The position numbers and the translations under genes were made by a program. The notes below the pieces were generated by a model. That model was not told where the DNA came from. It saw only the letters and a program-made list of their open reading frames with translations, and did not search any database. From Thermomicrobiales bacterium (lineage in GTDB: Bacteria; Chloroflexota; Chloroflexia; Thermomicrobiales; UBA6265), in the NCBI GenBank assembly GCA_035936055.1, contig DASYWL010000163.1, positions 1 through 37,013 of the forward strand: a stretch of DNA of 37,013 nt, given 5' to 3'. Every line of letters begins with the position of its first letter. Position 1 is the stretch's first letter. This document shows positions 26,194 through 36,394 of the stretch, in pieces.

Positions 26194-28134
26194 ATGGACG
26201 GTACTGACGTTCGTGAGCAGGGCGGAGTGAACGGCGACATGCAGGAGACGCAGGTCGACTCGCAGAGTGCAGCCGGAACTGATTACGAGCAGGAGCTCGA
26301 TGGCGCCTCGCTCATGGAGCAATTCCTGAGCGATCCCGATCACGACTACAAGACCCTGAAATACGGGGATGTGCTCGAAGGGATCGTGATGCACAAGGAT
26401 CGGGACGAACTGCTAGTCGACATTGGGTCGAAGGCAGAGGGCATCGTTCCGGCCAAGGAATATTCCAGCCTCACTGACGAGGAGAAGGAGAACCTTGCGG
26501 TCGGCGACACCGTTTTGGTGTTCGTGGTGCAGCCCGAGAACCAGGAGGGGCATCCCGTCGTCAGTATCGACCGTGCCCGGCAGGAAAAGAGCTGGCGCCA
26601 GCTGCAGGAGCGGCACGAGGCCAACGACGTCATCGAGGCCGAGGTCACCAACTACAACAAGGGTGGCCTGCTCGTGAATCTAGACGGCGTGCGCGGCTTC
26701 GTTCCGGCGTCGCAGGTCACCGAGATCCGTGGTGGAGACGAGGCCAGCAAGCAGGCCGACATGGCCCGGCTGATCGGCACCAGCCTTGCGCTCAAGGTCA
26801 TCGAAATCAACCGTCATCGCAACCGCCTGATCCTGTCCGAGCGGCAGGCCGTGCAGGAGCGGCGCGATGCGATGAAGGAGCAGCTCATCAAGGAGCTGAC
26901 CGAGGGCGAGGTCCGCACCGGCACCGTTTCCTCTCTTTGCGACTTCGGCGCATTCGTCGACATCGGCGGCGCCGACGGGCTGGTGCACCTCTCCGAGCTC
27001 TCCTGGAGCCGTGTCCGCCACCCGAGCGAGGTGCTCAACATCGGCGAGGAGGTGCAGGTCTACGTCCTCGGCATCAACGCCGAGGAGAAGAAGATCGCAC
27101 TCTCCATCAAGCGGACGCAGCCGGAGCCCTGGAGCCGCGTGGCGACGAGCTACGAGGTCGGCCAGCTGGTGAAGGGCACGGTGACGCAGCTCGCGAACTT
27201 CGGGGCGTTCGCCCGCATCGAGGACGGTATCGAGGGGCTGATCCACGTCTCCGAACTCGCCGAGGAGCGCATCCAGCATCCGAAGCAGGTGGTCGAGGAG
27301 GGCGAGGAGCTCATCCTCCGCATCATCCGGATCGACCCGCAGCGCCGCCGCATGGGATTGAGCCTGCGTCGCGCGCTCGAGACGCCGGACAGCGAGCTGG
27401 CTAGCGTCTTCGGCGACGACATCCTCGCCGAGCGCGACAACCTTGCGCGCAAGGTGCGCTCGCGGCTCGAGGCCGAGGGGCTGGTCGGTCAGGCACCGCA
27501 GCCGACGCCCGAGCAAGCCGCCGCTGCTTCGCCCGAGGCGCTGGAGGACCTTGACGAGGAGGCCGCCAAGCGGGCCGCCGGTGAGGCACAGGTCGCCGCA
27601 TTCGAGGAGCGCCGCCGCCGCGCCGAGGAAGCCGAGCAGGCTCGCCAGCGCCGGCAGGAGGAGCGCCGCCAGCAGCGTGGCGCGTCGTCCGGTGAGTTTG
27701 CCGGCGGTGACATGTCGGCGATGGCGATGGCGTTCGCCCAAGCCGGGGCGAGCGACCTGAACGACCTCATCTCCGGCGAGGAGCAGGAGGCCGGCGAGTC
27801 CAAGAGTGGCCAGAGCCCGAGCGCCGCCGCCGACTCGGCGGGTGAGAACGCCCAGCCGGCTCAGGTAGCCGGTGCCGCGGGCGAGGCCCGCGAAGATACG
27901 AATGCTGAGGGTGATGCCGCGCTCGCAGACGAGACCACGGCCCAGCGGCTCGCCGGCGACGAGCAGATCGAGAACCCTGTCAGTGAGGACGAGAAGATCA
28001 CCGATGCCGGTTCCGAATGGGATAAGACGATCGTCGAGAAGGGCTCGGCCGACGAGGGCGATGTGGTCCCCAACCCGGAGACGGAGGAGACCGAGAACCC
28101 GCAGCCGGGCGAGCAGCCCAAGGGACAGGAGTAA
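26194..28134 (+). CDS. rpsA: 30S ribosomal protein S1 with a long low-complexity C-terminal extension
   Basis: Four consecutive S1/OB repeats (GDVLEGIV..., VIEAEVTNYNKGGLLVNL, VRTGTVSSLCDFGAFVDIGG, LVKGTVTQLANFGAFARIEDG). AAGGAAGG lies 4-5 nt upstream of the ATG. The last ~250 aa are Glu/Ala/Arg/Gln-rich. Confidence 0.92.
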   Translation: MDGTDVREQGGVNGDMQETQVDSQSAAGTDYEQELDGASLMEQFLSDPDHDYKTLKYGDVLEGIVMHKDRDELLVDIGSKAEGIVPAKEYSSLTDEEKENLAVGDTVLVFVVQPENQEGHPVVSIDRARQEKSWRQLQERHEANDVIEAEVTNYNKGGLLVNLDGVRGFVPASQVTEIRGGDEASKQADMARLIGTSLALKVIEINRHRNRLILSERQAVQERRDAMKEQLIKELTEGEVRTGTVSSLCDFGAFVDIGGADGLVHLSELSWSRVRHPSEVLNIGEEVQVYVLGINAEEKKIALSIKRTQPEPWSRVATSYEVGQLVKGTVTQLANFGAFARIEDGIEGLIHVSELAEERIQHPKQVVEEGEELILRIIRIDPQRRRMGLSLRRALETPDSELASVFGDDILAERDNLARKVRSRLEAEGLVGQAPQPTPEQAAAASPEALEDLDEEAAKRAAGEAQVAAFEERRRRAEEAEQARQRRQEERRQQRGASSGEFAGGDMSAMAMAFAQAGASDLNDLISGEEQEAGESKSGQSPSAAADSAGENAQPAQVAGAAGEAREDTNAEGDAALADETTAQRLAGDEQIENPVSEDEKITDAGSEWDKTIVEKGSADEGDVVPNPETEETENPQPGEQPKGQE

Positions 28135-28191
28135 CACTCCTACCCATACGGGTAGGGTGATCGTCACCCACCACTGTGATACAACCATGAG

Positions 28192-28223
28192 CAACGGCAG
28201 GTGTAGTCGTACACCTGCCGTTG
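28192..28223 (+). terminator. Perfect 14-bp hairpin downstream of rpsA (probable terminator)
   Basis: CAACGGCAGGTGTA-GTCG-TACACCTGCCGTTG followed by UUGGCCAUUUC. It is preceded by two shorter hairpins at 28138-28166. Confidence 0.5.
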
Positions 28224-28343
28224 TTGGCCATTTCAACCGGTAGTCACGGAGATGACGTCCGGGTCGGCGGCCGGACGCGGTGGGTCTGGCCGGGACGATG
28301 CTGGTGCCGGCCATGGCAGGCGCAAAATACGGGAGAGCTCTGG

Positions 28344-30812
28344 ATGGCGGAGAAGTTTGACAAGTTTACGGACCGTGCCCGCAAAGTCCTCACGCTCGCC
28401 CAGGAAGAAGCGCAACGGTTCAACCACAATTACATCGGCACGGAGCATCTGCTGCTCGGCCTCGTCCGCGAGGGCGATGGTGTGGCGGCCAAGGTGCTCA
28501 ACAACATGGGCGTGCAACTCCCCAAGGTTCGCTCGGCGGTCGAGTTCATCATCGGACGCGGTGAGGGAATGATCATGGGGGAAATCGGCCTGACCCCCCG
28601 CGCAAAGAAGGTGATCGAGCTCTCCGTCGACGAGGCTCGACGCCTGAACCACCACTACATCGGCACGGAGCACCTGCTGCTCGGCCTCGTCCGCGAGGGC
28701 GAGGGCATTGCAGCGGGCGTGCTTGAGAGCCTCGGCGTCAACCTCGAGAAGGTGCGCTCCGAGGTGATGCAGGTTGTCAGCCAGAGCACTTCTGGTTCCG
28801 GGCAGCAGCAAGGCTCGAAGCAGCAGACGAAGACACCGTACATGGATGCACTCGGCTTCGATCTCACGGAGGCCGCCCGCACGGACCGGCTCGGTCCGCT
28901 CGTTGGGCGATCGGTCGAAATCGACCGCGTGATGCAGATTCTCTCACGGCGTACAAAGAACAACCCGGCCCTCATCGGCGAGCCGGGCGTCGGCAAGACG
29001 GCAATCGTCGAGGGGTTGGCGCAACGAATCGTCTCCGGCGACGTGCCCGAGCAACTGCAGAACAAGCGCCTTGTCGCGCTCGACATCGGCGCGCTCGTGG
29101 CGGGTACCAAGTACCGCGGCGAGTTCGAGGAACGGCTCAAGAAGATCGTCAACGAGGTCAAGGAGACCAAGGCAATTCTCTTCATCGACGAGCTGCACAC
29201 CCTCGTCGGCGCCGGGGCGGCCGAGGGCGCCGTCGATGCGGCGAACATCCTCAAGCCGGCACTCTCACGTGGAGAGCTGCAGACGATCGGCGCGACCACG
29301 CTCGACGAGTACCGCAAGTACATTGAGCGCGACGCGGCTCTGGAGCGACGCTTCCAGCCGGTGCAGGTCAACGAACCGTCCATCGAGGAGACAATCGAGA
29401 TCCTGCGGGGCGTGCGGGCACTCTACGAGACGCACCACGACCTGAAGATCAGCGACGATGCGCTCGGTGCGGCGGCGAATCTCGCGGCGCGTTACGTCAC
29501 GGACCGCTTCATGCCTGATAAGGCGATCGACCTGATCGACGAGGCTGGCTCGCGGGTCCGGATGCAGCGCTCGGCTGCACCGCCGAGCCTCAAGGAGGCC
29601 AAGGCGGGCCTGACGGCGATCCAGAGCGAGCTGGGCGCGGCGGTCGACGGCCGGGACTTCGAGCTCGCGGCTGAGCTGCGGGATCGCGAGCGGAAGCTGC
29701 GGGACCGCATCGAGGAGCAGGAGCAGAAGCTCGCGGATGAGAAGCAGTCCGACGAGGCCTACGTGACGGAAGAGGATGTCGCGCAGGTTGTCTCCATGTG
29801 GACCGGCATCCCGTTGGTGCGCATCGCCGGCGAGGAGTCTGAGCGCCTGCTGCACATGGAGGATGCCCTACACGAGCGGATCATCGGCCAGGACGAGGCG
29901 ATCTCGATGATCTCCAAGGCCGTGCGCCGTGCCCGCGCGGGCATCAAGGATCCGCACCGACCGATCGGGTCGTTCATCTTTCTGGGTCCGACGGGTATCG
30001 GCAAGACCCTGCTTGCGCGGGCGCTGGCCGAATTCATGTTCGGCTCGGAAGACCACCTGATCAAGATCGACATGTCCGAGTTCATGGAGCGGCATTCGGT
30101 CGCCCGGCTCGTCGGCGCGCCACCGGGCTACGTTGGCTACGAAGAGGGCGGCCAGCTCACGGAGGCCGTTCGACGCAAGTCGTACTCTGTCATCCTCCTG
30201 GACGAGATCGAGAAGGCGCACCCGGAAGCATTCAACATGCTGCTCCAGATTATGGAGGATGGCTCGTTGGCGGATGCCAAGGGCCGCCGGGTCGACTTCC
30301 GGAACACGATCCTTATCATGACGTCCAATGTCGGCGCCGAGGAGATCTCGCGCGACCTGACGCTTGGCTTCGCGATTCAGCAGGACGAGGAGATCAGCCG
30401 GCGTCGTGAGTTCGACACGATGCGCGAGAAGGTGATGTCGCGCCTGAAGCAGACCTTCCGGCCGGAGTTCCTGAACCGGCTCGACGCGACGATCGTCTTC
30501 CACTCGCTCAGCAAGGAGCAGATCCGGCAAGTGGTGGAGGTCGAGCTCGCGCGGGTGCGGAAGCAGCTTGGCGAGCAGGAGATCACCCTTGACTTCACGG
30601 TCGAGGCGATGGATCTCATCGGCGAACGCGGCTACGATCACCATTACGGTGCCCGTCCGCTTCGTCGGGTGATCCAGAACCTGATCGAGGATGAGCTCGC
30701 GGAGGGCCTGCTCAACGGCAGGTTCATGACCGGGCAGTCGATCCGCGTCGACGTCTCGAAGGATGGCGAGGCGCTGGAGCTCACACCGGTCGAGGAGCTT
30801 GCTCCGGTATAG
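28344..30812 (+). CDS. clpC: ATP-dependent Clp protease ATP-binding subunit ClpC
   Basis: Duplicated Clp_N repeats ([20 protein letters not shown] / [20 protein letters not shown]), two AAA+ modules ([16 protein letters not shown]) and a UVR-type linker. Start reset from 28221 to the ATG at 28344 ([12 protein letters not shown]), preceded by GGGAGAG. Confidence 0.95.
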   Translation: MAEKFDKFTDRARKVLTLAQEEAQRFNHNYIGTEHLLLGLVREGDGVAAKVLNNMGVQLPKVRSAVEFIIGRGEGMIMGEIGLTPRAKKVIELSVDEARRLNHHYIGTEHLLLGLVREGEGIAAGVLESLGVNLEKVRSEVMQVVSQSTSGSGQQQGSKQQTKTPYMDALGFDLTEAARTDRLGPLVGRSVEIDRVMQILSRRTKNNPALIGEPGVGKTAIVEGLAQRIVSGDVPEQLQNKRLVALDIGALVAGTKYRGEFEERLKKIVNEVKETKAILFIDELHTLVGAGAAEGAVDAANILKPALSRGELQTIGATTLDEYRKYIERDAALERRFQPVQVNEPSIEETIEILRGVRALYETHHDLKISDDALGAAANLAARYVTDRFMPDKAIDLIDEAGSRVRMQRSAAPPSLKEAKAGLTAIQSELGAAVDGRDFELAAELRDRERKLRDRIEEQEQKLADEKQSDEAYVTEEDVAQVVSMWTGIPLVRIAGEESERLLHMEDALHERIIGQDEAISMISKAVRRARAGIKDPHRPIGSFIFLGPTGIGKTLLARALAEFMFGSEDHLIKIDMSEFMERHSVARLVGAPPGYVGYEEGGQLTEAVRRKSYSVILLDEIEKAHPEAFNMLLQIMEDGSLADAKGRRVDFRNTILIMTSNVGAEEISRDLTLGFAIQQDEEISRRREFDTMREKVMSRLKQTFRPEFLNRLDATIVFHSLSKEQIRQVVEVELARVRKQLGEQEITLDFTVEAMDLIGERGYDHHYGARPLRRVIQNLIEDELAEGLLNGRFMTGQSIRVDVSKDGEALELTPVEELAPV

Positions 30813-30842
30813 GTCGAAGCAGTCGATCGCAACGCAATGGGT

Positions 30843-30885
30843 GCAGCGCCGGTTCGGTGGTTACGATACCACCGGCCGGCGCTGC
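30843..30885 (+). other. Strong hairpin in the clpC-radA spacer
   Basis: Outer stem GCAGCGCCGG/CCGGCGCTGC and inner stem GGTGGT/ACCACC with loop TACGAT. No U-tract, so it may be an mRNA stability or processing element rather than a terminator. Confidence 0.3.
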
Positions 30886-30911
30886 GGTCGTATCTGGAAG
30901 AGAGCACTGGC

Positions 30912-32315
30912 GTGCCGAAGCAGCGAACGTCATGGATTTGTCAGGAGTGCGGGACCTCGAGCCCGGCCTATCTCGGTCGGTGCCCGGGCTGCGGCGCATG
31001 GCACTCGATGGTCGAAACCCTCGACCAGCCCGCGCCTGCCGCGAGGATGCGTTCCACGGCGCGGCAGGATGGCAGCAGGCCGGTTCGCCTCCACGAGGTC
31101 GACGTCTCGACCGGTGGGCGGATTGCGCTCAGAATCGACGAGTTCAACCGGGTGCTTGGGGGCGGCATTGTGCCTGGCTCTGTGGTGCTTATCGGTGGCG
31201 ACCCTGGCATCGGCAAGTCGACGCTCATCTTGCAGGCAGGTAGCGATCTGAGCTCGCGGGGCATGCCGGTACTCTACGTTTCGGCCGAGGAGTCTGCCCA
31301 ACAGGTGCGGCTGCGGGCAGACCGCATGGGTGTTGATGGCAAGGACCTCTACATTCACGCCGAGATTGACCTTGACTCAATCCTCGCAGCAGCCGAGCAG
31401 CTCAAACCGGGGTTAGTGATCATCGACTCGGTGCAGACGATCCAGTCTGCCGAGCTTGAATCCACGCCGGGAACCGTCTCCCAGGTGCGCACCTGCGCCA
31501 GCCGGCTTGCCAACTGGGCCAAGCCGAACAACGTTCCCGTTTTCCTGATCGGCCATGTCACGAAGGAGGGAACAGTCGCCGGCCCGCGCGTGCTCGAGCA
31601 CATGGTCGATGCCGTGCTCTACCTCGAGGGAGACCGGTTCCACCAATACCGCGTGTTACGGGCTGCGAAGAATCGGTTCGGCTCCACGAATGAGATTGGC
31701 GTGTTCGACATGGCCGATTCGGGGCTGCAAGAGGTGCGCAACCCGTCCGAGGTGTTCCTGGAAGAGCGGAACATGATGGCGGCCGGCTCAGCTGTGGCGG
31801 TCACTCTCGAGGGGTCGCGGCCGATCCTGCTGGAGATCCAGGCGCTTGCCGCCCAAACATCCTTTGGGCTGCCGCGACGGAGCGCGACCGGGTTCGACAC
31901 GAATCGCCTGCACCTCCTGCTCGCTGTCCTGCAACGACGGGTGGGGATGGGACTGGGCAATCACGACGTCTACGTCAATGTCATCGGCGGTTTCAGGGTC
32001 AACGAGCCGGCGGCTGACTTGGCGGCCGCAGTCGCGATCGCATCGGGCGTTCGGGATACGCGGGTGCCGGCTGACACGGTCTACATTGGCGAGGTAGGGC
32101 TCTCGGGTGATCTGAGGACGGTGCAGCACATCGACCGCCGCGTACAGGAGGCGGTCCGGCTCGGCTTCCGCCGGGCGGTGGTGCCGGGTCGCTGGAAGGA
32201 GGCGGGGCAGAAGGCCGGCGGGATTGAGGTCACGGGCATGCGCACGCTGCGTGAGACGGTCATGGACATCCCCGGAATGTTTGGAGGCCGCGACCTCGAT
32301 GCGGAGAATGACTAG
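30912..32315 (+). CDS. radA: DNA repair protein RadA/Sms
   Basis: N-terminal zinc finger CQECG...CPGCGAW, Walker A GDPGIGKST, KNRFG motif and a Lon-like C-terminal domain. Start reset to the GTG at 30912 (VPKQRTSWICQECG), preceded by GGAAGAGAG. Confidence 0.93.
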   Translation: MPKQRTSWICQECGTSSPAYLGRCPGCGAWHSMVETLDQPAPAARMRSTARQDGSRPVRLHEVDVSTGGRIALRIDEFNRVLGGGIVPGSVVLIGGDPGIGKSTLILQAGSDLSSRGMPVLYVSAEESAQQVRLRADRMGVDGKDLYIHAEIDLDSILAAAEQLKPGLVIIDSVQTIQSAELESTPGTVSQVRTCASRLANWAKPNNVPVFLIGHVTKEGTVAGPRVLEHMVDAVLYLEGDRFHQYRVLRAAKNRFGSTNEIGVFDMADSGLQEVRNPSEVFLEERNMMAAGSAVAVTLEGSRPILLEIQALAAQTSFGLPRRSATGFDTNRLHLLLAVLQRRVGMGLGNHDVYVNVIGGFRVNEPAADLAAAVAIASGVRDTRVPADTVYIGEVGLSGDLRTVQHIDRRVQEAVRLGFRRAVVPGRWKEAGQKAGGIEVTGMRTLRETVMDIPGMFGGRDLDAEND

Positions 32316-33463
32316 GAGCTCTCTGCAAGGGCGAGGATCTGGTCGACGAGCCGGGAGGCGGCCTGCGGGTTGCCGACCGTCGTCGCGGCCTCACCCATGC
32401 GCGCTAGGCGATCCGGATCGGCGAGCAGCGATGTGATGACTTCCCCAAGGCGCGTAGGGGCTGCGTCCTTCTGTGCGATCACCTCAGCCGCGCCCGCGTT
32501 GCTCAACATGCGGGCGTTTTTTGTTTGCTCGTCTCCCCAAGTGCCGGGCAGGGGAATGAGGACCGATGGCTTGCCGACCCGAGCGAGCTCGGTAATGGTT
32601 CCGGCGCCTGCACGGCCAAGCACCAGCGAGGCCATGGCGTAGACGTCGGCGATCTCGTCCCGGATAAATTCGGTGACGTGGTACCGGTGCTGCAATGCGT
32701 CCGGCCAAGACGTGCGCAGCTTCTGCAACCTCTCGACGTCCGGATTGGCCGACGGTGGTCCGGCTTGGTGAAGGATCTGGGCGTGCTCCAGCAGGCCGGG
32801 CAGCAGTGCCTCAACTCGCTCGTTCAGAGGGCTGGCGCCACGGGCGCCGCCGGTGACGTAGAGAACTGGGAAGTCCGGCGAGAAGCCGAATCGGCGCAGA
32901 CCGGCCTCTCGGGACCCGCCCAGAATCGACGAGCGGACCGGGTTGCCGGTCACGACGACACGGTTATGCCGCTGCCGGGCGAGCACGGCCGTTTCATCGA
33001 ATGGGACCGCGAACACGTCGGCGAAGCGGGACGCCATCCTGTTGGCAACGCCGATCTGTGCCGTTTGTTCGTGGGTGATGATCGGCGCCATGCGCGACCC
33101 GGCGAAGACGGTCGGAAAGCTGATGTTGCCCCCAGTGCCGAAGATGACATCGGGCCGGAACGCTCGGAGAGCCTGGAACGCCTGCGCGATACCAAGTGGG
33201 ATGCGCAGCATATCGGTGGCGGTTTGGATAGCGAGGTAGCGACGCAGCTTGCCGGTCTGAATGGCGACGAACGCGATGTCGTTCGCCTCGGCCAGCTCAC
33301 GCTCTACGCCGGTGTGGCCGCCGATCCAAAGGAGTTCCAAGGGGACCATCCGGCGGCGCAACTCCTCCACCACCGCCACGGCGGGCAGGACGTGGCCTCC
33401 CGTGCCGCCTCCGGCTATGACGAGGCGGAGAGGCCTTTCCTTCGGGCGGTCGGCATCGATCAT
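32312..33463 (-). CDS. murG: MurG-family glycosyltransferase (GT28; UDP-GlcNAc:lipid I transferase-like)
   Basis: AGGGTGGHVLPAVAV, TGNPVR, GGARGA, RAGAGTITE, EQTKNA. Start reset from 33703 to the ATG at 33463 (MIDADRPKERPLRLVIAGGG), preceded by GAGAGGAG. Confidence 0.85.
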   Translation of the reverse strand: MIDADRPKERPLRLVIAGGGTGGHVLPAVAVVEELRRRMVPLELLWIGGHTGVERELAEANDIAFVAIQTGKLRRYLAIQTATDMLRIPLGIAQAFQALRAFRPDVIFGTGGNISFPTVFAGSRMAPIITHEQTAQIGVANRMASRFADVFAVPFDETAVLARQRHNRVVVTGNPVRSSILGGSREAGLRRFGFSPDFPVLYVTGGARGASPLNERVEALLPGLLEHAQILHQAGPPSANPDVERLQKLRTSWPDALQHRYHVTEFIRDEIADVYAMASLVLGRAGAGTITELARVGKPSVLIPLPGTWGDEQTKNARMLSNAGAAEVIAQKDAAPTRLGEVITSLLADPDRLARMGEAATTVGNPQAASRLVDQILALAESS

Positions 33464-33568
33464 TGAGTGTGCTCCTCTCGGGCAGCGTCTGCTGTTCCGC
33501 CGGACAGTATAGCCGCCGATCGAAGCGCGCCACCGTGATACGCTTGCGGAGAAGGAGTTGGCCCGCCC

Positions 33569-34105
33569 GTGCGATTCGCGCCCCCTATGACCTTGCCAGA
33601 TCTGCTTGCGCGCGTGGCCGCCGTCATGGCGGTCGTGGTTGTGCTCGATCTCCTCGTCAAGTGGGCCGTGACGCTCTGGATCGGTCCGGACGCCGATCGC
33701 CACTCTTGGTGGCTGATTGGGGACTCTATCGGGTTTGAGTATCTGCGCAACACGGGGGCCGCCTTTGGACTGTTTCGGGGCAATCCCGAGCTGCTGGCCG
33801 CCTTCACGCTGTTGGTCACGGTCGGTATTGTCCGGCTGGTGCTGCTTGAGGTGCGATCACCGTTCTGGGCGGCGCTTTCCAGCGGGCTGCTCGCTGGCGG
33901 TGCAATCGGCAATTTCGTTGAGCGAGTGATCAGCGGCTACGTGACCGACTTCGTTGCCGTCGGCCCGTGGCCGCGGTTCAACATCGCCGATTCCACCATT
34001 ACGATCGGTATCGCGATCTTCGCCCTCGCGGTTATCTTGCCGGACAAATTTGGCGCATCCGATCAGGCAACAGCGGAGGAGGGTGTACGTGACAGACGAG
34101 CCTGA
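33569..34105 (+). CDS. lspA: Lipoprotein signal peptidase (signal peptidase II)
   Basis: NTGAAFG, GGAIGNFVERV, VTDFV and FNIADSTITIG motifs with four TM segments. GTG at 33569 with AAGGAG 11 nt upstream. The ATG at 33587 is an alternative start. Confidence 0.88.
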   Translation: MRFAPPMTLPDLLARVAAVMAVVVVLDLLVKWAVTLWIGPDADRHSWWLIGDSIGFEYLRNTGAAFGLFRGNPELLAAFTLLVTVGIVRLVLLEVRSPFWAALSSGLLAGGAIGNFVERVISGYVTDFVAVGPWPRFNIADSTITIGIAIFALAVILPDKFGASDQATAEEGVRDRRA

Positions 34106-35066
34106 GATCAACGACTCGGCCGACATGGCGTACTTCGAGCTGAGCCCGGACATCAGCCAGCGGAACGAGCGGCTCGACCGGTATATCGCCAGCGAGCTGC
34201 CAAATCTGAGCCGCTCCGGCGTGCAGGCGCTGATCGAAGCAGGGCATGTACTGGTGGACTGCCAGCGGCGCAAGGCGTCGTTCAAGGTGACGCCGGGCGA
34301 GGTCGTCGCGGTTTCGGTTCCGCCCCTGGCCCCCGACGACGTCGAGCCGGAGGACATCCCGCTCGAGATTCTGTACGAGGATGCCGACGTGATCGTGATC
34401 AACAAGGCGGCTGGCATGGTGGTACACCCCGCGCCCGGACACGCCTCCGGCACCCTCGTCAATGCGCTGCGCTTTCATGCAATCGAGATCGCGGAGCTCG
34501 ACTCGAGCCGCACCGGCATCGTTCACCGCCTCGACAAGGACACCTCCGGGGTGATGATCGTCGGAAAGCACAACCGCGCCGTCCAGTTCCTTCAGGACCA
34601 GTGGCTCGACGGCAGCGTCGACAAGCGCTACGTCGCGATCGCATTTCGCGCTTTTGCAGAGGAGGAGGCGGTGATCGATGTCCCGATCGCTCGCCACCGC
34701 ACCGAGCGCAAACGGATGGACGCTGGTCGCGAGGGACGGGAGGCCCTGACCATCGCGAGTGTCCGCGAGCGCTTTCCGAAGGCGACGCTGCTCGATGTCG
34801 ACCTCCAAACCGGTCGAACGCACCAGATCCGCGTGCATCTCGCATTCATCAAGCACCCGGTCCTCGGGGACACGGTCTACGGCACTCAGTCATCGACCGC
34901 GTACTCCCGAGAATTGGGAGCGAGGCGCCAAATGCTGCACGCGGCGTCGCTGACGGTAGAGCTACCCGTAGGCGGCGGTCCCCGAACCTTCACCGCGTCG
35001 CTGCCGTTCGACATTCGGGGAGTGCTGGACAAGCTGCGCGCCATGAAGGAGCAAGACGATGGTTGA
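34089..35066 (+). CDS. rluD: RluA-family 23S rRNA pseudouridine synthase (RluD-like) with N-terminal S4 domain
   Basis: S4 region RLDRYIASELPNLSRSGVQALI, catalytic HRLDKDTSG, and RTHQIRVH. The track ORF from 33954 is over-extended. I prefer the GTG at 34089 (GGAGGAGGG 9 nt upstream, overlapping the lspA end). The ATG at 34125 is an alternative. Confidence 0.88.
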   Translation: MTDEPEINDSADMAYFELSPDISQRNERLDRYIASELPNLSRSGVQALIEAGHVLVDCQRRKASFKVTPGEVVAVSVPPLAPDDVEPEDIPLEILYEDADVIVINKAAGMVVHPAPGHASGTLVNALRFHAIEIAELDSSRTGIVHRLDKDTSGVMIVGKHNRAVQFLQDQWLDGSVDKRYVAIAFRAFAEEEAVIDVPIARHRTERKRMDAGREGREALTIASVRERFPKATLLDVDLQTGRTHQIRVHLAFIKHPVLGDTVYGTQSSTAYSRELGARRQMLHAASLTVELPVGGGPRTFTASLPFDIRGVLDKLRAMKEQDDG

Positions 35067-36363
35067 CCTGAGTGACCGGAGTGCATGCCGGTCGCTTGTT
35101 GAACGCGCCTACAGTGCAGGAATCGCCAGAGTCGCACCGGATGAAGCCGTTCGCCGCGTATTGCGTCGTGACGGCGCCGCACTGGTGGTCGACGGTGAGC
35201 GGATACCGGTATCGGGCCGGCTGGTGGTGGCTGCAATCGGCAAAGCGGCCACGCCCATGGCGACCGCTGCCGCCGAGACGGCGGGTGACCTGATCGATCA
35301 GGGGTTCTTGCTGACCAAGGAGGGGCATGCGGAGCAGCCGCCGGCAGGTTTGGAGGTCTTCGAGGCGTCCCACCCCGTCCCGGATGAGCGGGGCATCGAA
35401 GCGTCCCGGCGAATCCTAGAAGCCGTCGGAGGGCTCGGCGCAGACGACGTGGTGGTCGCGCTGATCTCGGGCGGCGGTTCGGCGCTCTTCGAGGTGCCGG
35501 CGGATGGTCTGACGCTTGACGACATTCAGCAGTCGACCAGCATCCTCCTGCGCGCGGGAGCGCCGATCCAAGACCTCAACGCTGTGCGCCAAGAGTTGAG
35601 CCGAGTGAAGGGGGGAGGGTTCCGGCGGGCGATCGGCGATGCGTGCACCATCTCGCTGATTCTGTCCGACGTGCTGGGCAACCCGCCGGAGATCATTGCC
35701 AGCGGGCCGACAGTCCCGCGCACAACGAACCCCAAAGCGGGGCTCGACGTGCTGGACCGATATGGCGTGCGGAACGCCGTTCCATCGGCGGTGGTTCGGC
35801 ATCTTGAGCGGACTGGCGAGCGACCCGACGCGCCACAGGCAGGTAAGCGCGGTCTCTACCGCGTTGTCGGTGACAATGAGGCGTTCGTCGCGGCGGTCGA
35901 GGACTTCTTTGCCCAGGAAGGACTGACTACGGAGCGAGTGTGGCACGAGCGCGAGGGCGAGGCGCGCGAACAGGCCCATGCGTGGGTCGAGGCGCTTGAG
36001 AGCTCAGCGGCGGACGTCATCCTCGGTGGAGGGGAGATGACCGTCACGGTGCGCGGCGACGGCGCCGGTGGGCGGAATACCGAGTTTGCACTCGCAGCGG
36101 CGATAAATCTCGAAGCCAAGCGCCTCACCGCGACTGTTGCCAGCCTGGCTTCGGACGGGCAGGATGGAAGCATTGATGCCGCCGGTGGGATAGTGGATGA
36201 GCTTACCGTCCGCGAGCTGCGCGAGGCCGACATCGAGCCGGCTGATGCGATGGAGCGGAGCGACAGCGGCGGCGCGCTCGCCGCGATCGGGGCTCTGCTC
36301 GTCCCGGGTCCTACCGGAACGAACGTCAATGATGTCTACATCGGGTTGAGACACGCGATTTGA
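35059..36363 (+). CDS. Glycerate 2-kinase / hydroxypyruvate-reductase-like protein (DUF4147 + MOFRL family)
   Basis: GKAATPMA, ISGGGSALFE, LNAVRQELSRVKGGG, and GGE.TV.V.G.G.GGRN in the C-terminal MOFRL part. The ATG overlaps the rluD stop by 8 nt and GAAGGAG lies 6 nt upstream. Confidence 0.85.
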   Translation: MVDLSDRSACRSLVERAYSAGIARVAPDEAVRRVLRRDGAALVVDGERIPVSGRLVVAAIGKAATPMATAAAETAGDLIDQGFLLTKEGHAEQPPAGLEVFEASHPVPDERGIEASRRILEAVGGLGADDVVVALISGGGSALFEVPADGLTLDDIQQSTSILLRAGAPIQDLNAVRQELSRVKGGGFRRAIGDACTISLILSDVLGNPPEIIASGPTVPRTTNPKAGLDVLDRYGVRNAVPSAVVRHLERTGERPDAPQAGKRGLYRVVGDNEAFVAAVEDFFAQEGLTTERVWHEREGEAREQAHAWVEALESSAADVILGGGEMTVTVRGDGAGGRNTEFALAAAINLEAKRLTATVASLASDGQDGSIDAAGGIVDELTVRELREADIEPADAMERSDSGGALAAIGALLVPGPTGTNVNDVYIGLRHAI

Positions 36364-36394
36364 CACGCCGGTCTACGAAGGGGATTGGGAACCA

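Noticed and set aside
28187-28243. 18-codon ORF ([18 protein letters not shown]) downstream of rpsA.
   Set aside because: It has no SD. The sequence is simply the two arms of the perfect 14-bp terminator hairpin.
28135-28343. CtsR-type operator (tandem GGTCAAA repeats) upstream of clpC.
   Set aside because: No such direct repeat is present in the spacer. GGTCAAGGTCGA at about 492-503 is elsewhere and does not fit the consensus.
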